DNA of 18,567 nucleotides from a virus: the IMG/VR virus record IMGVR_UViG_3300045988_088988, one strand, 5' to 3'. Of the stretch, positions 14,107 through 18,567 are shown piece by piece. A model generated the notes under the pieces. It was not told the origin of the DNA. It saw only the letters and a program-made list of their open reading frames with translations, and made no database searches. The number at the start of each line of letters is the position of its first letter. The first letter of the stretch is position 1. A program made the position numbers and the translations under genes.

Positions 14107-15321
14107 ATGCCGACATTGGATGAATGGTTCGCCCAGACCGAAAACCACTACTGGGACATGGACGGGTATTACGGTCCCCAATGCTGGGACTTGTGGGCAA
14201 AATATTGCATGGACGAGTACGGGTGTAGTGTTCAGGATTGCATCACCCCCACCGGTTGGGCCGGGGGGCTATACACGCATCATCCCGTAAGCGCAAGAGT
14301 CGGGGAGATTTTCGAGAAAAAAGATAACACATGGGAGCCTATGCCCGGCGACGTTGCCATATGGCAGGTCTGCTATCCCGATTATCCGTCAACGCACGTG
14401 GCCATTGTCGTAGATGGAATACAGGGCGATTATATCGACGTGATTACGCAAAACCCCGAGCCGAGCGTGCATAAACTACTCCCATTGCAAAAAGCGCATA
14501 TCGGATATTTGCACCCGCGCAAAAAGCCGGACGGCGGCGACAATGACAGCGGCTCGAACCCTACCGGCTCGAACAACCCGGGTAGCACATCCAGCAGTGA
14601 CGTATGGATACAACAACAAGGGGACAACCTCATTTATCATTACCGCGACAACGACAGTGGCGCGGGTACTATGATTTTCTACAAAGCCACGGCCCAAACA
14701 TGGACGGCCAAGGGCAGTGTTAAAGCGCCCAGTGACTCGGGCGGCCAAGCCACGCCTTCTACAGGCAACGGCAAAAGCAGTTACGCGCTCTACTGTATCG
14801 GCACGGTGGAAAGCTCATTACAATGGGACGCGGTAGAATTAGCCAACATGCAAGGCATCGGGATTGCGCAATGGTCGTTTGACAGGCGATTGGACGTTTT
14901 GAACGCAATGAAAACCGCCGACCCGACAGGCTATGAGACGTTTGCCAAAACATGCCCCGAGATAGCGGCACTCATGGGCAATGGCGGGACGTTTGCACGC
15001 CCCCTGACGTCTGCGGAATCGGCGGCGTTCAAAACATGGGCGCAACGTCCCGAGTCACATCAGGGGCAACGCAACCAGTTCGAGGCGGACTACAACGGCT
15101 ATCCCCGCGTGTATGATGATATCAAAATGCAGATACTATGGGCGTCGGCATATCATCAAGGCCCGGCATACGCTGAAGCGCTACCGAAAGCAACCACATT
15201 GGGCGGTTTATTGGATAACCTGCTTAATGACGGTGTTTTTGGGCAATACCCGAGCCGGTATCGGACTGTGTATAATCTGCTAGTTGTCTGGGACGGCGCT
15301 AGTGCCCCACCGAACTTTTAG
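14107..15321 (+). CDS. Tail-associated peptidoglycan hydrolase: N-terminal CHAP, C-terminal lytic-transglycosylase-like domain, 404 aa
   Basis: CHAP signature: YGPQCWDLW (Cys), PGDVAIW, STHVAIV (His), ITQN. After a Gly/Ser/Asn linker, SLT-like motifs follow: TVES, GIGIAQW and AYHQG. The position corresponds to phi29 gene 13. The start is at ATG 14107, with no SD; TATACT (14095-14100) lies 6 nt upstream. Confidence 0.72.
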   Translation: MPTLDEWFAQTENHYWDMDGYYGPQCWDLWAKYCMDEYGCSVQDCITPTGWAGGLYTHHPVSARVGEIFEKKDNTWEPMPGDVAIWQVCYPDYPSTHVAIVVDGIQGDYIDVITQNPEPSVHKLLPLQKAHIGYLHPRKKPDGGDNDSGSNPTGSNNPGSTSSSDVWIQQQGDNLIYHYRDNDSGAGTMIFYKATAQTWTAKGSVKAPSDSGGQATPSTGNGKSSYALYCIGTVESSLQWDAVELANMQGIGIAQWSFDRRLDVLNAMKTADPTGYETFAKTCPEIAALMGNGGTFARPLTSAESAAFKTWAQRPESHQGQRNQFEADYNGYPRVYDDIKMQILWASAYHQGPAYAEALPKATTLGGLLDNLLNDGVFGQYPSRYRTVYNLLVVWDGASAPPNF

Positions 15322-15350
15322 TTATCCACAGGATTATACACTTACCCACA
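15322..15350 (+). promoter_or_regulatory. Two direct DnaA-box-like 9-mers
   Basis: TTATCCACA (15322-15330) matches the classical DnaA-box consensus 9/9. TTACCCACA (15342-15350) matches 8/9. They lie 20 bp apart start to start, and the second ends 1 nt before GTGATATACT. Confidence 0.4.
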
Positions 15351-15351
15351 T

Positions 15352-15361
15352 GTGATATACT
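15352..15361 (+). promoter_or_regulatory. GTGATATACT extended -10 element (copy 3), 6 nt upstream of ATG 15368
   Basis: TATACT is at 15356-15361. The ORF-track ATG at 15362 abuts the hexamer, and the second in-frame ATG at 15368 sits at the predicted start (leaderless). Confidence 0.5.
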
Positions 15362-15367
15362 ATGGTT

Positions 15368-16474
15368 ATGGCTGATGGAATGACAATTCTTAATGAGAAT
15401 GATTATTATGATTACACGCGCGTGCTTTCATATCACGCGCCGTGGATATTCATTATCGGCGCACGCGGTCTCGGCAAAACCTACGGCGGCAAAAAACTCA
15501 TGATAGATGACTGGATGAAACGACGGTGGCAATTCATCTATCTGCGCCGTACCGCCGAGGAACAAAAAAACAAGGGAACTTTTTTCAACGATATCGCAGA
15601 CAGTTACCCCGAGTTGGACTTTAGAGTTAACGGCAATCAGGCGGAATGCCATTGGGCTGATGACAGAGACGCGACAACGGACAAAAACGGGAAAAAGAAA
15701 TCAGTATGGCATATCGTAGGCTATTTTATTGCACTCTCGCAAGCCGGACAAGTCAAATCGGTGGCGTATCCGCGTGTGCGCACCATACTGTTTGACGAGA
15801 TTTTCCCAGACAACATGCGCTATCTTGGAGGAGAGGTCACAGCGCTTGAAGAGTTTTACAACACGGTAGACAGGTGGCACGATAGAGTCAGGCTTATCAT
15901 GTGCTCGAACGCTGTGAGTTTGGCCAACCCGTATTTTGCGGCGTTCAATATCAACGTCACCCCGCAGATTGATAACAAGATTCAATACCAACGATACTGT
16001 GACTCTTTCATTGTGGTGGAGCTCGCTGATTATGGCGGTTTTTCCGCCAAAATCGCCAAAAGCAAGTTCGGCCAATTCCTTAGCAAGTTCGACGCAGATT
16101 ACGCCGCATACTCAATCGATAACACGTTTCGCGACAACAGCAACGCACTCATAAGCAACCTCAGCGGCGCGGGATACGTTTTATCAATAAAAACACGCGA
16201 ATATGGTTCGTTTGCCGTCTACCAAATCCTAGATGATAGCAAAATCGCGACGGTATGGCAGATAGCACGCCGTCAACCCAAAAAGCAAAAATGGTACACA
16301 CTGGACTATCGGCTAGTTGATGAAAAATGTATACTGTTAAAAAGGTCAGATGATATCATCAAAAAACTAATTGAGGCGTATCGCGTAGGCCGCGTCCGAT
16401 TCGAAACCCCCCAAACAAAATCAGAGTTTAGTATGCTGTTAGGAACGCTATTAAATTCCAGCAAAACAAGATAA
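15368..16474 (+). CDS. DNA encapsidation (packaging) ATPase, phi29 gp16-like
   Basis: VLSYHAPWIFIIGARGLGKTY (Walker A), QFIYLRR, TILFDEIF (Walker B) and MCSNAVSLANPYFAAFN match remembered gp16 blocks (MLSYDRILNFVIGARGIGKSY, QFIYVRR, TIVFDEF, CLSNAVSVVNPYFLFFN). The start may be 15362 or 15368. Confidence 0.92.
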   Translation: MADGMTILNENDYYDYTRVLSYHAPWIFIIGARGLGKTYGGKKLMIDDWMKRRWQFIYLRRTAEEQKNKGTFFNDIADSYPELDFRVNGNQAECHWADDRDATTDKNGKKKSVWHIVGYFIALSQAGQVKSVAYPRVRTILFDEIFPDNMRYLGGEVTALEEFYNTVDRWHDRVRLIMCSNAVSLANPYFAAFNINVTPQIDNKIQYQRYCDSFIVVELADYGGFSAKIAKSKFGQFLSKFDADYAAYSIDNTFRDNSNALISNLSGAGYVLSIKTREYGSFAVYQILDDSKIATVWQIARRQPKKQKWYTLDYRLVDEKCILLKRSDDIIKKLIEAYRVGRVRFETPQTKSEFSMLLGTLLNSSKTR

Positions 16475-16533
16475 AAGCGGAGTTCAGTATGATACTTGGC
16501 GGCCTGTTACAACAATCAGGCACAAGAAAGTGA
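16418..16533 (+). repeat. Imperfect tandem duplication of the ATPase 3' end (copy 1 16418-16474, copy 2 16474-16533)
   Basis: Copy 1 encodes KSEFSMLLGTLLNSSKTR*. Copy 2, offset by 56 nt and therefore in another frame, reads KAEFSMILGGLLQQSGTRK*. By my count 12 of 18 residues and 31 of 54 nt are identical. Confidence 0.8.
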
Positions 16534-16542
16534 GGAATATAT

Positions 16543-16908
16543 ATGACAATTCATGAATTAATCGTTATCGGCATTGTGTTTCTGCTGGTACTCATTGACT
16601 ACGTGACAGGCGTAGTCAACGCAGTTATGCACAGCGAATTGTCCAGTGAAAAAATGCGGAGGGGACTCGGGCACAAGTTCGCGTACTTGGCGATTATTTG
16701 CGTGGCGTTAATCGTTGAATACGGTTCGGGTTACATTAACCTAGGAATCGAACTACCGATATTCATTCCAGTATGTACAGGTATTTGTCTGATTGAAATC
16801 ACGTCAATCATGGAAAACTGTGCGAAAATTAACCCCGAACTATCCAAATCAAATATTCTCAATATTTTCAAAGTCGATAAAAAGGAAAGCGACAGCAAAG
16901 AAGACTAG
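16543..16908 (+). CDS. Holin, 121 aa
   Basis: GTGAGGA lies 8 nt upstream. There are three predicted TM segments (LIVIGIVFLLVLIDYVTGVV, FAYLAIICVALIVEYG, PIFIPVCTGICLIEITSIM) and a charged C-tail (KVDKKESDSKED). The D..TG...A motif resembles holin family 4 and phi29 gp14. It lies immediately upstream of the endolysin. Confidence 0.8.
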   Translation: MTIHELIVIGIVFLLVLIDYVTGVVNAVMHSELSSEKMRRGLGHKFAYLAIICVALIVEYGSGYINLGIELPIFIPVCTGICLIEITSIMENCAKINPELSKSNILNIFKVDKKESDSKED

Positions 16909-16917
16909 GAAGTAATC

Positions 16918-17727
16918 ATGGATGATATCTCATGGGTAGGGTCTCCCAACCACTACAACGGGCGCAACGGCCACACCATAAGCCACATCACACTACATAT
17001 CATGGTCGGCACCCTAACTGGCACCGACAGCGTTTTTCAACGCGCCGGATACGCTTCGGCCCACTACGGCATCGGAGGCAACGGCGAGATACACCAGTAT
17101 GTGAGCGAGAGTGACGGCAGTTGGAGCGACGCGAACTATGCGAGCAACAACAGCACCGTAAGCATCGAGCATGAAGGCGGCATGGCCGGAGTGCCTTGCA
17201 CACGCGCCTGTATGGACGCTTCGGCCCGCCTGTGCGCCGATATCGCACGCCGTCAAGGCTGGGAACACCTGTGGCACGACGGACTCAACGGTAACATCTG
17301 GCTACATCGCGAGGTACCCGGAACCAATCACGCCGGGTGCCCCGACCTCGCGCCCAACGGACTTGACGTAAACTACGTCATCAACAAAGCAAACCAACTA
17401 CTCACACAAGGAGCAGATATGCCAGTCAAAACAGACCCCATCAACTGGTACGGCCAAAACGTCACCGTCGAATACGCATTACAAGACCTGACTCACCGAA
17501 TCGACGCCCTCGCCGCCCGCCTCGGCCCCATCTCGGAACAATACCAATTCGACTACCTGCCCGCCATTCTGAACAACATCGAAAGCACCTATCTCGCTGT
17601 TAACGGCCTCAAACCCGACAACGGGAAAGGACTAACCGACGAGCAGGTGGGCAAGCTAGCCGACAGCCTCAAAACCAGCCTCGGCCAGCAGGTAGCCGCA
17701 GAACTCGCCAAACGACTCAACGACTGA
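16918..17727 (+). CDS. Endolysin: N-acetylmuramoyl-L-alanine amidase (Amidase_2/PGRP type) with an uncharacterised C-terminal region, 269 aa
   Basis: AGGAAG lies 6 nt upstream. Amidase_2 motifs are ISHITLHIMVGT, AHYGIGGNGEIHQYV, NSTVSIEHEG and HREVPGTNHAGCPD. I see no recognisable cell-wall-binding repeats in aa ~165-269. Confidence 0.85.
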   Translation: MDDISWVGSPNHYNGRNGHTISHITLHIMVGTLTGTDSVFQRAGYASAHYGIGGNGEIHQYVSESDGSWSDANYASNNSTVSIEHEGGMAGVPCTRACMDASARLCADIARRQGWEHLWHDGLNGNIWLHREVPGTNHAGCPDLAPNGLDVNYVINKANQLLTQGADMPVKTDPINWYGQNVTVEYALQDLTHRIDALAARLGPISEQYQFDYLPAILNNIESTYLAVNGLKPDNGKGLTDEQVGKLADSLKTSLGQQVAAELAKRLND

Positions 17728-17739
17728 CACCCAAGAAAA

Positions 17740-17770
17740 GCCCGTAGGCATATAACCTAGGGGCTTTTTT
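17740..17770 (+). terminator. Rho-independent terminator after the endolysin gene
   Basis: GCCCGTAGG (17740-17748) pairs with CCTAGGGGC (17756-17764) with one G-G mismatch. It is followed by TTTTTT (17765-17770) and preceded by AAAA. Confidence 0.7.
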
Positions 17771-17847
17771 CTATTCACACGAAACGTTCTATATAAGTCC
17801 TATAAAATTCCTTAAAATCAACATCACAGCCAAGTAACCCGCAATAC

Positions 17848-17881
17848 ATGCCCCCTACGTTATATGTAGGGGGCATTTTTT
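17848..17881. terminator. 11-bp perfect hairpin at the convergence point of rightward and leftward transcription
   Basis: ATGCCCCCTAC (17848-17858) pairs with GTAGGGGGCAT (17866-17876) around a 7-nt loop. A T run follows on the + strand. On the - strand the hairpin directly abuts the stop codon (17880-17882) of the leftward gene. Confidence 0.7.
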
Positions 17882-18077
17882 AACCGGCATTACGGCGACA
17901 ACCGCCGCGTCGAAACCGCTCAATATCATCCCGGTACCGCAAGTTCACAAAATCATAAATACTATCATCATTAACAGCGACTCCCTTATTATGATGACCA
18001 CCACGCTTCTTGCTCGAACTCACCTTAGAACCGCCTATAAAATGCTTATCGCTCATACGCGATTCAATCACTGACAT
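17880..18077 (-). CDS. Hypothetical right-end early protein, 65 aa, basic
   Basis: The start is moved to the internal ATG (plus-strand CAT at 18075-18077), preceded on the minus strand by AAGGAAGG with 7-nt spacing. The product is MSVIESRMSDKHFIGGSKVSSSKKRGGHHNKG... I recognise no family. Confidence 0.55.
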   Translation of the reverse strand: MSVIESRMSDKHFIGGSKVSSSKKRGGHHNKGVAVNDDSIYDFVNLRYRDDIERFRRGGCRRNAG

Positions 18078-18135
18078 AATCAACCTTCCTTTTAAAAGAA
18101 TGCCCCCAACAATAAGGGCGTTCAGTTCGCTTCTC

Positions 18136-18387
18136 CTAATCCTCAAGCCTATAGTTATCATACATCAAACGAGCTTGCACCTTCTGAGGTACCTTAGCCC
18201 AGTCATTATAACCAAGGTCGTTCATATCTGTCACTATCCCGCTCACACGATACGCACGCGCATCAAAACCCATAAAATACATATCCAACAGAATTGACCT
18301 CATATTATCAAGCCTAGCTTTTTTCGCAGTCCCAGCACCTTCCACTACAACACGGCCCACAATCTCATTCTTGTTATCGGTGTTCAT
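18136..18387 (-). CDS. Hypothetical right-end early protein, 83 aa
   Basis: The start codon and SD lie in ITR-R, with the same ATGAACA as the left-end gene. It is the first gene downstream of the right ITR promoter. I recognise no family. Confidence 0.65.
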   Translation of the reverse strand: MNTDNKNEIVGRVVVEGAGTAKKARLDNMRSILLDMYFMGFDARAYRVSGIVTDMNDLGYNDWAKVPQKVQARLMYDNYRLED

Positions 18388-18567
18388 TATTGTTCCTTTC
18401 CTTGAACCTTGTAACTACAGTATAACACACAACACACAAACACACAACACACGGCGTGTCGAAAACAAAAACCAGAAACGAAGACGAAACGGAAAACTTG
18501 AAACGGGACAGAATGAAAGAGACAAGACGCATGGGAAATCTTAGCGCTCTGGGGCACCCCTCTGCTT
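18381..18567. repeat. Right inverted terminal repeat (ITR-R), 187 bp
   Basis: Perfect reverse complement of 1-187 and ends exactly at the last base of the window. Confidence 0.97.
18419..18447 (-). promoter_or_regulatory. Putative early promoter in ITR-R (identical copy, reads leftward)
   Basis: Mirror image of 121-149. It would drive the minus-strand genes 18387..18136 and 18077..17880. Confidence 0.5.

Noticed and set aside
16328-16335. TG-TATACT string inside the ATPase gene
   Set aside because: The TG lacks the 1-nt spacer of an extended -10, no ATG lies at +7, and it sits mid-gene. It is probably chance.
16432-16474. Programmed -1 frameshift that extends the ATPase into the duplicated tail
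   Set aside because: The alternative frame is open here, but I found no X XXY YYZ slippery heptamer and no obvious downstream stimulatory structure. It is kept only as a minor alternative within the duplication finding.
18078-18161. Upstream extension of the right-end 65-aa gene to a 93-aa ORF
   Set aside because: The extension overlaps the 3' end of the upstream gene (18136-18387), and the internal ATG at 18077 has a strong AAGGAAGG SD.
1-18567. Search for tRNA, CRISPR repeats, integrase/repressor or transposase signatures
   Set aside because: I saw no cloverleaf-like segments, no regularly spaced direct repeats, and no ORF with recombinase or HTH-repressor motifs. The genome looks strictly lytic and self-contained.

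Overview
The window appears to be a complete 18,567-bp linear dsDNA genome of a phi29-like, protein-primed podophage. Bases 1-187 are the exact reverse complement of 18381-18567, so perfect 187-bp inverted terminal repeats (ITRs) reach both window ends. About 22 genes run left to right on the + strand. They comprise: (i) a cassette of small, mostly acidic early ORFs (181-1782); (ii) a replication module in phi29 order, with a p6-like DNA-binding candidate, p5-like SSB, candidate terminal protein and family-B DNA polymerase (1796-5132); (iii) a late module, with scaffold, major capsid protein carrying C-terminal Ig-like domains, gp9-like tail knob, gp10-like portal, gp11-like lower collar, three appendage or fibre genes (one with an SGNH esterase domain), a CHAP plus transglycosylase-like tail lysin, gp16-like packaging ATPase, holin and amidase endolysin (5317-17727). 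Two small early genes are read leftward from the right ITR (17880-18387). I saw no integrase, repressor, tRNA or CRISPR array, which fits a virulent phage of a Gram-positive host. Several genes look leaderless, which hints at an actinobacterial host, but this is only inference. Observations most worth follow-up: (1) each ITR carries a promoter, 5' UTR and the first 7 nt (ATGAACA) of a different terminal gene; (2) the 10-mer GTGATATACT occurs three times at gene boundaries, and a TATACT-N6-ATG arrangement suggests leaderless mRNAs for portal, tail lysin and ATPase; (3) two DnaA-box-like 9-mers abut the ATPase promoter; (4) a diverged, frame-shifted second copy of the ATPase 3' end follows its stop codon; (5) a structured 184-nt early/late intergenic region carries GGCATGG repeats; (6) two fibre genes share an N-terminal anchor, one carrying an SGNH esterase; (7) the polymerase is compact at 488 aa and its ExoI motif is ambiguous. 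All homology statements rest on motif recognition and remembered phi29 sequences, not on database searches.
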